A stretch of DNA of 64,000 nt from a virus (lineage: Duplodnaviria; Caudoviricetes). A program made the translations under genes and the position numbers. Location: positions 180,951 through 244,950 of IMG/VR virus record IMGVR_UViG_2974508059_000001; one strand, given 5' to 3'. Within the stretch, counting starts at the first letter, position 1. Every line of letters begins with the position of its first letter. The notes under the pieces are model-generated. The model did not search any database and was not told the DNA's origin. It worked only from the letters and a program-made list of their open reading frames with translations. Below, piece by piece: positions 29,101-39,649 of this stretch.

Positions 29101-32100
29101 AAGAGCTTACCGGGCTTCCAGAGGCCCCATTTGCCGACAAAGCCCAATGCGCTACCCAGTGTGCCGAGCACCCCACCAATCCCACCGATAACACCCGTGA
29201 GTTTGTCAAGGACACCCATCACACCACCGCGTTGACCACCACCCGATCCGCCTGCATGCCCTTCACCGCCTTCACGGTGTGACTGCTTACGACGGAAGAA
29301 GTTGAGGTAGTCTTTCTTCTCGGTTGAATCGCCAAACTTGTTGCGTCGGGTGAACTTGTTCATCATGCCACGAACAAACCCTTCCGACCCACCGGCGTCC
29401 AACGTTGACGAGCGCATCTTGTCAAACCACGTAATCTCTTGCAGCCCAACCATGCGGTTGAGTTTCTCGAGCATGGCCTGACCAACCGACTGGACCTTCT
29501 TCTTGCCGGTGTTGATAACCCGACCTGCGGCATCAGTTGCTTCTTCTGCGGTGTCATTCAAATCAGAACGCAAGCGGTTCGCGTTCAACCCTTTACGACG
29601 GTGCAGTCGGTCACGGTAGAACTCGGCACTTTCATCGTCGCGTCCCGCCAAGCGTTGCTCGACCAGATAACGCAGACCGATGTCATGCTCCGCCCCGGTG
29701 TAACGGTTCGCAATATCACGCGCGGTGTCCGCACCACGACCGTAGAGGTCAGACGCCGCAGCGCGACCCCGACCAAACCAGCCACTGACGCGATTACGCA
29801 CATTGTTAAAGCGACGGCCCCAACGACGACGGGACATCACCCGACCCCGGCGGAAGGCACGACCGATGCCACCTTTGACACGTCCGAAGGTGTTTCCCCC
29901 GCCCACACCCGCTTCCATGGTATCTGCCCAACTTTCGTCTTCCGGCTCACCGGACAAACGGTTGTTCAGGAGTTTGTAGATACGCAGTAAGATGTGGTTG
30001 GTTTTCTTCGAGCCCCCGCCTAAGCCTCCAAAGAAGCTGTTACCGGAGAACCATTTGCTGTCTGAAGACGAGCCGCGATTGTTCCACCAACGGGTCAACG
30101 GGTTGTTTTGTGCCATCCCCTTGATACGGTCGATCCCCCCACGGATCATAGACGGGATGCGGCCTGCGGCGTTTAAAGCGAACCTGCCGATCCCGGTCAC
30201 CCGACCCACAATCCGACCCAGTGGAGACTTCACCGCACGACCAAAGCGGTCAACCAGTTTGAAGTTCGGGTTAGCCAGCTCTTCGGCGGTGATGACATCG
30301 TTGCCTTGCGCATCAACCACGGCACCGGTTACCTCACTGGCCTTATAGATGATACGACCGCCTTCTTTCAAGCGGTACTCACCTTCACGCATCCGGTTAG
30401 CAAACAGGCGAGGATTGGTTTCGCCTTTGACGTAGATATCGGGAGCCTGAGTAAACCAGTCCTTCACTGTGCGAAGTGGATTTTTGATTTTACTCGCCAG
30501 ACGACCGGGCAGTGACAATATACCCCGCCCTGCTTCGCCGGCTTTGTTGCCGATAACATCAAAGAGCTTCTTCCAGTTCGAGCCGTTGTAAAACGTCAGC
30601 TCGCCCCCTTGGGCCAAATCGGCAGCAGAGAGAATCACGTTCCCCTGCGCATCGATAATGTCCCGCCCCATGCGGATATCACCGAGGGCATGCAGTTGGG
30701 TCATCTGACTCCCTTGGCCGCTGCCCATCTGGTAATAGTCACCCGCGGCTAAACGTTTACCGTTTAAGACCACTTTGCCTTGGGCATTGTAGATGTCCCG
30801 GGCACCCAGTAACCCTTTACCGAAGGAACGGATACCGGACAGCGCATTACTGCCCGCGCCCAGTACACGCTGGAACATACTCGTCCCGGCAGCACCACCG
30901 CCCGAGAAGCGACCGCGTAGCCACGACGCCAAACGACCCCCGCGTGCACGCGCACCGTTAAAGCCCCGCTTCGCCTGACGCCATCCACCTGCGGCGGTGT
31001 CACGACCTAAGCGACCCCAACGACGGAACAGTCCACCGCCAGAACCTCCCCCGCCCCCTGAGCCACCGGGGGCCGGACTTGGGCCGTGCAAGTCATCGCC
31101 ACCCATGTTGAGTGAGTTCAGGATAAACACCCCTTCCTCATTCATGTCACGGACGTGGTCAAGGATTTTGCTCAGCAGCTCGCCTTGGTTGTTTTCACGG
31201 ATAGCCCGGATAAGGTCATCGTTTGAGGACGCACCACCGGAGCCGAGGGTACTTTTCATGCCCTCAAACAAATCCGGTAAGGTAGTCGGCTTGTCGCCGT
31301 ACAAGACGTTTGACAACGCAAGGGCGGATAGCCCACCGCGCATGCCACCCCCAAAGCCCGCACCCCGACGACGTTCCTCTTCTTTCTTGGAACCATCCCC
31401 CATGCCACGACGGCGCAGGAGGTCACCCAGTGCTGACCCGTTTTGCAACTTACGCTGAATTTCCTGCTCACGGGTCAATGACCGACCGCTTCGGGTTTTG
31501 CCCATGGCCAAGTCATTGAACAATGTATGCGGGTCATTCAAATCACGGTCAACGTGGAAGACATCGTTCTTGTCGTCGTAGTGGAAGATACCGGCATCAC
31601 GCAGGGCACGTTCCCCGTAGAGACCCGCAGCCGCATCAATACGCCCTTGACGACGACTGATGGACGACTGAATCGCCGCCATGCGGTTCGCCAACTCATT
31701 AGAGAGCTCGTAACCGCCACCCACCCCTTGACCGGGATGTGAGTTCATCAGTTGCTGGATTTTATCCGCACCTTCAAACCCCATGAACCGCTGAAGGGCT
31801 TGCGGGTCACGCGACAGGGCTTGGACGTCAATGGCTTTACCGGTTGAGGCACGCTCTTCGATAAAGTCCGCCAGACGTTGACGCTCACGTTGGTTCAGGC
31901 TCTTGTTGTGGTCAAGGTAGTCCACCGTGGAACCGATGCTGCCCTGCAAACGTTTACGCTCATCATCGTTGGCAACCGACTTACGCACACGGTTACCGAT
32001 AACCTTGCGGTCAACAAAGCCCCGGCTCGTGATGTCGTATTCCATGTCGGCGTGTTCGCCATAACCCCGACGAATCGATTTGTTGATTTCACTCAGCCAC

Positions 32101-33476
32101 GCAGGAATGATTTCGTTAATCGACAGCCACGTCCGGTGGTCGAACTTAGACGCCCGAGACAACATCCCCGGTTCGCGCTCATCCAACATCCCTTGCTCAC
32201 GCTGCAGTGGGTTGATAATCCCAAGCATGTGCAAGGCACGGAAGATGCTACCTGCCGCACCCATGTCTTCCCCGGCAATCGCTGAGTTAGAAATCGAGGA
32301 CAGGTTACCGAACATGAACTTACCACGCTGGGCTTGTTTCATGAAGTCGGGGTTCATCTCGAGCTTTTCGCGGGTGTGCTTTTGCAGCTTTTCAATCTGT
32401 GGACCCAGCAGACGTTTAGCTGCCTGAGAAGACAACCACCCTACAGCCTTCTGTGTGCCATTCTGCCGACGTTTGTCTGCAGATAAGGAAGAACTATCAT
32501 CGAGGTCGAAATCGTCCTCTATGGCGCTTCCCATGAGCATTTCGAGCATACCACGCGCATCGCCGAATCCTTCGGAGATTTTCTTCTTGGTATTGTTGCG
32601 AATCTGGTCAATGAACCCGTCTGCGTATTTCAGGGGGTTCATCCAGTCGGCGGCTTTACGCTTGATGTTCGCCCAGTGAATCTCGGAGAACTCTTCCTTG
32701 GCGTAATCCGGCAGCGCCGTGTTCTTGACAATCGCTTCCAGTGCCGGGGTGTTACGGTCGAACTGGGTCTGGTTGAGTTTGTTTGCATCTTCCAATGCAA
32801 AGAGAATACGGTACTGCAATTCCAACTGCTTACGGGAGATGTTGAGCATCACCCCTTTTTGCAACGAGGACTGCAGATGGATGTCTTTGGCGATCGCGTT
32901 GACCACCCCAAACATCGCATCAGACTTCATCTCACGAATCGAATCGCGGACACGGTCTTCGACGGCCTGCTCACGGGCATCGGCTTGGTCACGAACGGCG
33001 TCTTTGTAGTCGCCCTCGCCACCCATGACACCACTCATCTCGCGATCCATCTGCGCTTGACGTGGGTCGTAATTGTTGTACTGCTGGTCGTCGGACTTTG
33101 ACCAACGTTCCATTTTACGGGTCAGGCTATCAGGCAGGTACCGGCGCATTGTCGGGGTAAGCTGACGCACCTGCTGCTTGATAACCCGGTTGGTCTTGAC
33201 GACCTCCTCTTTGGTATGAGCAGCAATGTCCTTTGCCGCTGCCGACACGTCCTGATAGCCTTTATAAGCATCAGCCGCGGGCTTTGGCATACCCTTCATG
33301 ATCACCTGATCACGCTTACCTTTTGGCCACACGGCCGCCAGTGCCGATTTACGCACAGTGTTAAGTGTATTCAACACCGGATTGCGTTTCGTGTCCTTCT
33401 GGCGCGGTGGCTCACCGAAGTCATCCCAATCCATGTTGTCGAGATCAAGATCGTCGAAATCGCCTTTTTTAGCCAT
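26172..33476 (-). CDS. Tape-measure-like tail protein with lytic transglycosylase domain (phiKZ gp181-like)
   Basis: 2434 aa, largely helical and Gly/Arg-rich, with hydrophobic segments. SLT motifs MAYAESKFN...AGGLYQFI..TW and YLYHFLG lie near 27330-26780. Confidence 0.9.
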   Translation of the reverse strand: MAKKGDFDDLDLDNMDWDDFGEPPRQKDTKRNPVLNTLNTVRKSALAAVWPKGKRDQVIMKGMPKPAADAYKGYQDVSAAAKDIAAHTKEEVVKTNRVIKQQVRQLTPTMRRYLPDSLTRKMERWSKSDDQQYNNYDPRQAQMDREMSGVMGGEGDYKDAVRDQADAREQAVEDRVRDSIREMKSDAMFGVVNAIAKDIHLQSSLQKGVMLNISRKQLELQYRILFALEDANKLNQTQFDRNTPALEAIVKNTALPDYAKEEFSEIHWANIKRKAADWMNPLKYADGFIDQIRNNTKKKISEGFGDARGMLEMLMGSAIEDDFDLDDSSSLSADKRRQNGTQKAVGWLSSQAAKRLLGPQIEKLQKHTREKLEMNPDFMKQAQRGKFMFGNLSSISNSAIAGEDMGAAGSIFRALHMLGIINPLQREQGMLDEREPGMLSRASKFDHRTWLSINEIIPAWLSEINKSIRRGYGEHADMEYDITSRGFVDRKVIGNRVRKSVANDDERKRLQGSIGSTVDYLDHNKSLNQRERQRLADFIEERASTGKAIDVQALSRDPQALQRFMGFEGADKIQQLMNSHPGQGVGGGYELSNELANRMAAIQSSISRRQGRIDAAAGLYGERALRDAGIFHYDDKNDVFHVDRDLNDPHTLFNDLAMGKTRSGRSLTREQEIQRKLQNGSALGDLLRRRGMGDGSKKEEERRRGAGFGGGMRGGLSALALSNVLYGDKPTTLPDLFEGMKSTLGSGGASSNDDLIRAIRENNQGELLSKILDHVRDMNEEGVFILNSLNMGGDDLHGPSPAPGGSGGGGGSGGGLFRRWGRLGRDTAAGGWRQAKRGFNGARARGGRLASWLRGRFSGGGAAGTSMFQRVLGAGSNALSGIRSFGKGLLGARDIYNAQGKVVLNGKRLAAGDYYQMGSGQGSQMTQLHALGDIRMGRDIIDAQGNVILSAADLAQGGELTFYNGSNWKKLFDVIGNKAGEAGRGILSLPGRLASKIKNPLRTVKDWFTQAPDIYVKGETNPRLFANRMREGEYRLKEGGRIIYKASEVTGAVVDAQGNDVITAEELANPNFKLVDRFGRAVKSPLGRIVGRVTGIGRFALNAAGRIPSMIRGGIDRIKGMAQNNPLTRWWNNRGSSSDSKWFSGNSFFGGLGGGSKKTNHILLRIYKLLNNRLSGEPEDESWADTMEAGVGGGNTFGRVKGGIGRAFRRGRVMSRRRWGRRFNNVRNRVSGWFGRGRAAASDLYGRGADTARDIANRYTGAEHDIGLRYLVEQRLAGRDDESAEFYRDRLHRRKGLNANRLRSDLNDTAEEATDAAGRVINTGKKKVQSVGQAMLEKLNRMVGLQEITWFDKMRSSTLDAGGSEGFVRGMMNKFTRRNKFGDSTEKKDYLNFFRRKQSHREGGEGHAGGSGGGQRGGVMGVLDKLTGVIGGIGGVLGTLGSALGFVGKWGLWKPGKLLARGGWALATRALPWAARAIAAPLISGAAALVTAIGWPAIAVGAAVAGIGYAAYKIATNVPAKYLDRMRLAQYGFRDYESWNSDDGAKARYLEDQLKGYISYNNDGAATLRGLSASDVEKLAAGFGVNKDEKSELVSFHAFMLQRFIPLYLRWMSSLRQLESDVALKDLGDVTKVSKEDMKTLFAKNKLSKDSQYLKAIEDPRKTNQGFFSKAWDTITFTSPDLLGADDVMDVQNEVEKSIKFRAEGSAAVRNHLAPPTADGTKVSGVAESVNRLATLDQERRDHTIKKEGWEDGNEQVTVQVDYNSVVQQKDVDALQSLRMKAYGLTTLNPAQVKSLLLMERLVYPSIDVKNNTYKGRWQEAIDALVPGGSTSEKADRLKYWFYNRFLPVFMTYVVGVYRYQPTANPLDLKLSGGYLYEVGLMTSRAYSMKNDIRQSVWDIAINPFGGDANTVASSVNAELESLHVLSKEADLAVRNLMRENEKKQGRAQWKQKELTKGLYGGDAMSDNGVSSYAPGSAEALRAAGLNGRSGYDGGGGGWNGSSEIAAAGGIGNYAAMTTGSTNISLGQMGDGNYKELAEKYPRASLNNVANVKAMIVDVAQRLGVPPGVALGMAYAESKFNYKAWNKDSGAGGLYQFIKSTWSGKGNAPGELQNYGNKFGIPNGATQLDPYANTLLGINFIRNNISKAQSDYGGQVPPGVAYLYHFLGAGDAAKFMKAYKANPNAPANSIRYSSSGVIGNNMSVFTSGGRIRSFAQVMQELNGRMGSQVANIATSNSDLAKQAMSGQTPTDPARAAGAPAANDADGAIQTAQRKDVALAQKGAQAANDAATQSASVTAPNPAGVSAANSPSDIAKDADNIQAAAEADGMSPADAAKVGAGYANQATAQAKPRKAANDMPVSAGDMVTVSRMDELIDIEGQSRDYLSKIWEYLQKGGTLNGAPPAAQAATAPGAASRKTQTTAPAPTLNLNRKAS

Positions 33477-33508
33477 GATATTTTATTTCCAATTCGGGAG
33501 CTTGCAAC

Positions 33509-35122
33509 GTGAAAAAGCTAAACTGGGTTGACTTCTATTTGTTGAACGTCAACAGCGGACTCGTGTCTAACCTTAAGCCGGTTACTACCACTGACACGTA
33601 TCAGGGGATGACGAAAAACTTCCACCCAGAAGGACTCTACTCCACCGAGATTTTTGGCCTCGTCGGTAGCGAGGAACGTGATGCCACGTTTTCGTACATC
33701 GATATCAAACTCGACATCATCTCTCCTACCGTGTGCTTGGGGCTGTTTAAATTAAAAGCCCTGTACGAGGACATTTGTGCGGGTCGCCGTTTTGCCGTGT
33801 GGAATGAAAAAGAGAAGGACTTTGAGCCTGCTCTTCCGGGTGACAAAAACGCGGACACCGGCTTTAACTTCTTCTTGAAATACTACAAACAGTTGACCCC
33901 TGCCCGTAACGATTCCCTGCGTCGTGATGACACCCTCGACTTCTTCTTCAAATTCCGTGACATGTCTTTGTCACGTTATGTACTGGTTCTACCTGCCGGG
34001 TTACGCGACCTTGTGGTTCGCGAAGATGGCCGGGACCAAGAAGAAGATGTGGGGGGTTTATTCCGCCGAATGATTTCCCTTTCCCGTGCGATTCCAGACC
34101 GTAACGCGCGCGTCGAATTAACCGACCCCGTACGCTGGAAACTGCAAAGCACGTTCAACGATATCTGGATGTACTTCTTTAACATCCTGGATGGGAAAGG
34201 CGGATTTGCACGCAGGAAGGTCACCCGTCGTCGGTTGATGAACGGCACACGTAACGTGTTGTCATCGTTCCCAACCGGGTCGAAGGTGATGGGGCGTGAG
34301 GATGAGGTCAGGCCAACTGACACCCGTGTAGGTTTGTACCAGACCCTGAAAGCCCTGCTGCCTGTGGCGCAGTTCAATATCCGCGAACGTTACTTAGGTA
34401 ACATCCGGGCAGGTGACGGCAACCTCTACGGGGTGAACACCAAAACATTACGTCGTGAGTTCTTGGAAGTCAAAGGACGCGTCTACGACCTCTATACCAC
34501 CGATGACGGTATTGAGACATTGATTAACCGGATGGAAGCGCGTGAACTCCGCCACCAACCGGTGATGATAGATAAAAACCATTACGTGGCCCTTATCTAT
34601 CAAGACGCTAATTTCTTCAAAGTGTTCTACGACATCACAGACTTGCCAGCCAACCTCGACAAGAAAAATGTTCGGGGCATCTCGCTGGCAGAACTGCTGT
34701 ACCTGTCGGGTTATGACCTGTGGAATGACTATTTCTCATTCGTCACACGTTACCCCGTAGCAGGCCGTGGTTCGACGTACTCCTCGACCATAAGATTGGA
34801 GACCACCACCTCATCTCTTTACTTAAAAGAGCTCGAAGACGACTGGATTACCGTCAAAGAGAAAGGGGCTGTGAGCTTCCCAGACCGTACAGTGGAAACC
34901 TTCGTGGAATCGATGGCTCCCCACCCAACGCGTCTGGCCGGTTTAGGCGGTGACTACGATGGTGACACGGGTTCGTTCAACGCCCCGATGTCGCAAGAAG
35001 CCGTAGACGAAAACCGCAAATGGTTACGTTCGAAGAACTACTGGTTTGCAACAGATGGCAGTTTTAAAGTTAACCCGGTGAACGATGTGATTGCACGTTC
35101 CATGAACGCACTGTTGCGATAA
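33509..35122 (+). CDS. rpoC: Virion RNA polymerase beta-prime subunit carrying the catalytic loop (phiKZ gp180-like)
   Basis: GLYSTEIFG, VLPAGLRD, GKGGF.R, TRYPV and catalytic GGDYDGD motifs. Confidence 0.9.
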   Translation: MKKLNWVDFYLLNVNSGLVSNLKPVTTTDTYQGMTKNFHPEGLYSTEIFGLVGSEERDATFSYIDIKLDIISPTVCLGLFKLKALYEDICAGRRFAVWNEKEKDFEPALPGDKNADTGFNFFLKYYKQLTPARNDSLRRDDTLDFFFKFRDMSLSRYVLVLPAGLRDLVVREDGRDQEEDVGGLFRRMISLSRAIPDRNARVELTDPVRWKLQSTFNDIWMYFFNILDGKGGFARRKVTRRRLMNGTRNVLSSFPTGSKVMGREDEVRPTDTRVGLYQTLKALLPVAQFNIRERYLGNIRAGDGNLYGVNTKTLRREFLEVKGRVYDLYTTDDGIETLINRMEARELRHQPVMIDKNHYVALIYQDANFFKVFYDITDLPANLDKKNVRGISLAELLYLSGYDLWNDYFSFVTRYPVAGRGSTYSSTIRLETTTSSLYLKELEDDWITVKEKGAVSFPDRTVETFVESMAPHPTRLAGLGGDYDGDTGSFNAPMSQEAVDENRKWLRSKNYWFATDGSFKVNPVNDVIARSMNALLR

Positions 35123-35131
35123 GGTTTAGAC

Positions 35132-38100
35132 ATGCTGCAGATTCGCCAATTCAACCAACACTTCTCGATTCGTAAAACGGATGAGTACAGCACCCCGCGT
35201 ATCATCCCGCTTGAGAAGTTGCAGATCCCTCGCGGCTCTGTACTCCACACGGTCGACCTCGACCAAGTGGTATTGGCACCACCCAGCACCCTGCCGTACT
35301 TCAAGGAGCTGACCAAGCCTGCTCAGGTACGCCACCATTACCGTCTGGCAACAGACGGCATTACCGGGAAACCTATCCCGGTGCCGGTACAAGGCCAAGA
35401 GCGGGCTATTCTGGCGTACCACCGTGAGAACCGTACCTTCCGTCGGATGCAGTCTGATGAGCTTGTGCGTCGTGATGACCTGACCCTGCTTATTGAGAAC
35501 TACACCCCGCTGCTGCCGCACTACCGTTATGCCGACACCCTGCTGAGCTGGTATGACCGTCTGCACAACGTGGTCGTGACCATTGCGGAGCAGATGAAGT
35601 ACGACACTAACGAGTACACCCGTCAGAACTACTACATTCTGAATGTGGGCTCTCGTCTGCCAGCGTTTGAGAAGTTCAAGAACACCTACAACGATCGTAT
35701 CAAAACCCGTCTGGAGCATTTTCAGACCTTCGATCTGCAGTGGCTGTTAGAGCTGTTTGCTTGGGCACACGGCGAGCAAGAGCTGTCGGTGTTTGCCGGC
35801 ATGGACTTCTCCCAATTGTCACGCATGAACTTCATCATTACCCACAACACCGGTTTCACCGTGATGAACATGGGTGTGGTGGAGCGTATGCGTAAGGACT
35901 CGGGCGGTCGTTTCAACGACGACATGATGGCCCGTAAGTTCCACAAACTGATTGCACAGGTGTTGACCCGTAACCCAGACCCGGTTGCTGATATCGACTT
36001 CGTAAGCCCAAGCGGTGAAGAAGTCACGCTTATCGAATCGGCTGCACCGCAGGGCAACATCGACGGCTTGGACGATGAAGCGGATCTTGAAGACGCGGAA
36101 ATCACCGAAGACGATGACCACTTCGATGAGAAAGCCGATTTGGTTATTCAGGAGAAAGTCGAGGACGTCAAGCCGACCACCATTACGGTTGAGAAAGCCA
36201 TTGACCACGGACAAATCATCAAGAACGAAGTTGCTCGACTGGCTGAGGCGGGCCGCCTGTCAGTGAAAGCCTTCACCTTCTTGAATGAGTCGTCTGAGCG
36301 ATTTGTTTCTCTGCCAAACCCGTATGACAAAACGGGCAAAGAGACTTACGGTGATGCTCTGAAGTACACCGAAGCCGATTTGAAAGTGGAAGCCAAAACA
36401 CTGGTTAAAAATCCCACCGTCATGACAGAAGCATGGACGCAGAACACCACCGATGCGATGACGAAGAAGTACAACCGCACTATGCTCCCAAAAGACATCT
36501 TGGGTGCTGTTGCGTCGTCTCAGCGTTTGGGTCTCGTGGTTCACAACCACACCGTGGATAAAGAAGTGGCTGTCACGGGTAACGTCGAACACCACACACT
36601 CCGTCTCCAGCCAGTGGGCGGGGAACCTGTAACGGTCCGTTTCAGTGTTCCTTCCCTGACAGAAGATGGTACGTGGATGGCGAACGGCACCGAATACACC
36701 ATGCGTCGTCAGCGTGTTGATATTCCTATCCGTAAGGTTAACTTTGATACCGTGGCCCTCACAACGGCGTACGGCAAAAACTTTGTTTCCCGCTCTGAGA
36801 AGGCAGTAAACGATTACGGTCGCTGGATAACCAACGCTATCATTACGCGTGCGGTTGATCCGAAGAACACCGAAATCACCGATGCGAAGTTGGCTAACGT
36901 GTTCAACCCGGAACTGACACTCCCACGTCAGTACACCATGGTTGCGCGTCGTGTGTCGACCTTTAACGCCATCGGTTACCGCTGGAACTTTGAACATGCG
37001 GTGCGCGATAGCTTCTTTGGTGAAGCAGTCGTGAAAGACCTTGAGAAGAAAGACCTTGTACCTGTGGCTACCGGACGCGGTGGTGTACTGGGCATGGACG
37101 AACACTCTCAGGTTTACCGTGTCAAGGGTGACAGCGTTGAGCCACTGGGTTCTTTGGCCGATACCTTGGGTATCGATCAGGTGAAAGCCCCACGTGAGGT
37201 CAGTGAGTTGTCGATTATGGGCCAGAGCCTATCGCTCGGGTTTGTGTTCTCCTTCTATCTCGGGTTAACCGGGATGCTAAAACACTTCGGGATTCGCTAC
37301 GAGGTGTTACCGCCGGGCCAACGTGTCGATAAGACCACGTTTGATTCGGTGATTCGTTTAGCGGATGCGAAGATTGTCGTGATGTGTGACAACGACAAAC
37401 AACGCATGGTCGTCAATGGGCTTGACAAGTACCTGAAACACTTGGTGATGTATACCGAGTCGGAAGTGGAACGTGAAGATATCTACCTGAACCTGATTCG
37501 CGATGCAGACAGCCTCACCCCGAGGTACGTCAATGAGCTGAAACAAATGCGGTCCGCGTTTGTCGATGACATGCACGCCCGAATCCTGCGTCAGATGGGT
37601 GAGCCAGAGACGTTCATTGGTTTGCTGGAGCGCAGTAATGAGCTGCTGCAGACCGACCACTCGAAGCCGGAGATTAACGGTGACGAGATGATGTTTGTTG
37701 GCAACCAGCGTATTGCTTACCACGTTTATACGGCGTTGGTTCGTGCGATGCGTAACTATCAAAACGCGCCGGGCTCGTCTCGTAAGTTCGAGCTGCCTCA
37801 AGACATGGTGTGGGGTGCTATTAACTCCGACCCGTCTGTGCTGCTCGCACCGGGAGCGAACCCGATTCAGAACATTAAAGAGAAGGACGTGATTACCATG
37901 GGAGGTACGGGAGGCCGTAACCGAAAAACCATGGTGTACCACACGCGTGAATTCCAGCCCAGCGACTTGGGTGTGGTATCAGGCAACACCGTCGATAACG
38001 GTGATGTGGGTATTACTGCGTTCTCCACTGCCAACCCGTGCTACGCCACGGTGGATGGTATCACCGCACCACGTAACGTAAAGGACCTGCAACCGGGACA

Positions 38101-39304
38101 GCTGCTGTCATTCATTGATGGCCTCGCCCCCGACACCTTGATGGACGATGCGAAGCGTCAGAACTTCGTCGGTATCCAATGGGGTTCCGCTATGGCTTGT
38201 GTGGGTGCGACCACGCTGCCGTATCGAACCGAAATGGAGAAACTCGTGGCTCACCGTACGTCGGTGAAGCACGCCCGTGTGGCTGAACAAGCCGGTAAAG
38301 TGTTGGAGGTCAGCGAAGACCACATCAAAATTAAGTACGACGACGGCAGTGAAGTGTCGTTTGAATTGGGTCGTTGGTTTGGTGCCCACGAGGGGAGCAA
38401 TTACCCTCACACCTTAATCACCGATTTCAAGGTCGGCGATAAGTTCCCAGAAGGCACGGTTGTGACCTTCAACGAACAACACTTCGAGCGTGACCTGATG
38501 GACAGAACGCAGGTTAACTTGAAGAACGGTATCGTCGGTTGGATGGCACTCATTGAGGGTGAGGAGGTTATCGAGGACTCCAACGCAATTTCTGCACACG
38601 CAGCGCGACTGATGGCGGCAGACGTTACAAAGGCGAAAGAAGTCACCGTACGCTTCGACCAAAACATCATGGAAATCCTCAAGGAGGGCGACCATGTTGA
38701 TGTCGACAGTATCCTATGCACCTTCAATGACCAAATGTCTGACGACTCTGCGTCCTTTAGCGAAGAATCGGCAGCGACACTGTACGGTCTGAGTGCGTAT
38801 GCGCCACAAGCAGGTCTGCGTGGGTTTATTGACAAAATCGAAGTCGTCTACCACGGCGATATCGAGGACATGTCCCCGAGCATTACCTCACTGGTGCAGA
38901 AATACGACCGCGTTCGCAAGAAGCGAGCCACCGCACTGAGCAAGGACGACGTCCCTACCTCAGGCAGCGTAAACGGCGACTACCGTGTTGATGGTGTCCC
39001 ACTGGCTTACCAAAATGCGGTGATTAAGTTTTACATCACCCATCGGGTTGACATGGCAGCAGCGGATAAGTTGGTCTTGGCCAACCAGCTAAAAACCACC
39101 GTCTACCAAGTCATGCCCGGTGAGAACCACACCGAGGCGGGCGACCTGATTGATTTCAAATTCGGTCGTACGTCAGTTGATGCGCGTATCGTTGGGTCGG
39201 TCATTAAAATCGGCACGACGAACGGGGCGTCATTAAAAGGTGGTGAGTGGGTCGGTCGCATCTTAGAGGGTGAAGCCCCGCCTAAGTTGCCTAGCAAAGT
39301 GTAA
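35132..39304 (+). CDS. rpoB: Virion RNA polymerase beta subunit, major part (phiKZ gp178-like)
   Basis: G.GGR, DLG.VS..T.D.G.VG, DD.KR..F..IQ, EDS..IS and DKL....QLK RpoB motifs. Confidence 0.9.
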   Translation: MLQIRQFNQHFSIRKTDEYSTPRIIPLEKLQIPRGSVLHTVDLDQVVLAPPSTLPYFKELTKPAQVRHHYRLATDGITGKPIPVPVQGQERAILAYHRENRTFRRMQSDELVRRDDLTLLIENYTPLLPHYRYADTLLSWYDRLHNVVVTIAEQMKYDTNEYTRQNYYILNVGSRLPAFEKFKNTYNDRIKTRLEHFQTFDLQWLLELFAWAHGEQELSVFAGMDFSQLSRMNFIITHNTGFTVMNMGVVERMRKDSGGRFNDDMMARKFHKLIAQVLTRNPDPVADIDFVSPSGEEVTLIESAAPQGNIDGLDDEADLEDAEITEDDDHFDEKADLVIQEKVEDVKPTTITVEKAIDHGQIIKNEVARLAEAGRLSVKAFTFLNESSERFVSLPNPYDKTGKETYGDALKYTEADLKVEAKTLVKNPTVMTEAWTQNTTDAMTKKYNRTMLPKDILGAVASSQRLGLVVHNHTVDKEVAVTGNVEHHTLRLQPVGGEPVTVRFSVPSLTEDGTWMANGTEYTMRRQRVDIPIRKVNFDTVALTTAYGKNFVSRSEKAVNDYGRWITNAIITRAVDPKNTEITDAKLANVFNPELTLPRQYTMVARRVSTFNAIGYRWNFEHAVRDSFFGEAVVKDLEKKDLVPVATGRGGVLGMDEHSQVYRVKGDSVEPLGSLADTLGIDQVKAPREVSELSIMGQSLSLGFVFSFYLGLTGMLKHFGIRYEVLPPGQRVDKTTFDSVIRLADAKIVVMCDNDKQRMVVNGLDKYLKHLVMYTESEVEREDIYLNLIRDADSLTPRYVNELKQMRSAFVDDMHARILRQMGEPETFIGLLERSNELLQTDHSKPEINGDEMMFVGNQRIAYHVYTALVRAMRNYQNAPGSSRKFELPQDMVWGAINSDPSVLLAPGANPIQNIKEKDVITMGGTGGRNRKTMVYHTREFQPSDLGVVSGNTVDNGDVGITAFSTANPCYATVDGITAPRNVKDLQPGQLLSFIDGLAPDTLMDDAKRQNFVGIQWGSAMACVGATTLPYRTEMEKLVAHRTSVKHARVAEQAGKVLEVSEDHIKIKYDDGSEVSFELGRWFGAHEGSNYPHTLITDFKVGDKFPEGTVVTFNEQHFERDLMDRTQVNLKNGIVGWMALIEGEEVIEDSNAISAHAARLMAADVTKAKEVTVRFDQNIMEILKEGDHVDVDSILCTFNDQMSDDSASFSEESAATLYGLSAYAPQAGLRGFIDKIEVVYHGDIEDMSPSITSLVQKYDRVRKKRATALSKDDVPTSGSVNGDYRVDGVPLAYQNAVIKFYITHRVDMAAADKLVLANQLKTTVYQVMPGENHTEAGDLIDFKFGRTSVDARIVGSVIKIGTTNGASLKGGEWVGRILEGEAPPKLPSKV

Positions 39305-39355
39305 TTAACTCTCTTGGCGGGTCGCTCCCGCCAAGCCATTAACTCCGGAGTAAAC

Positions 39356-39649
39356 ATGAGCATCCTGGATAGCATTCGTCTACGCAACGGCTTGCCGGTA
39401 TCGCGTAACAACCAAAGCCGCGAGACGCAGGGTTTCTCTGCTCAGCAGCGTAAGAACTTTGTCGCCCTCGGCAACACCATTGAACTGGGCACCGAGATTC
39501 TGTTTGAACTGCTGCACAAGACCGACGGTCTGAGCGGTTACGTTGGTGACCAGCGTTTGTTTAAACGTGACATCGCCGATATGATCGGGGGCAAGCTGGC
39601 CGCCCGTATCCAACAGAAAACCAGCACCGATAATGGAGGTGTAGCGTGA
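39356..39649 (+). CDS. Hypothetical protein
   Basis: GGAG SD before ATG 39356, preceded by a hairpin at 39313-39335. Confidence 0.7.
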   Translation: MSILDSIRLRNGLPVSRNNQSRETQGFSAQQRKNFVALGNTIELGTEILFELLHKTDGLSGYVGDQRLFKRDIADMIGGKLAARIQQKTSTDNGGVA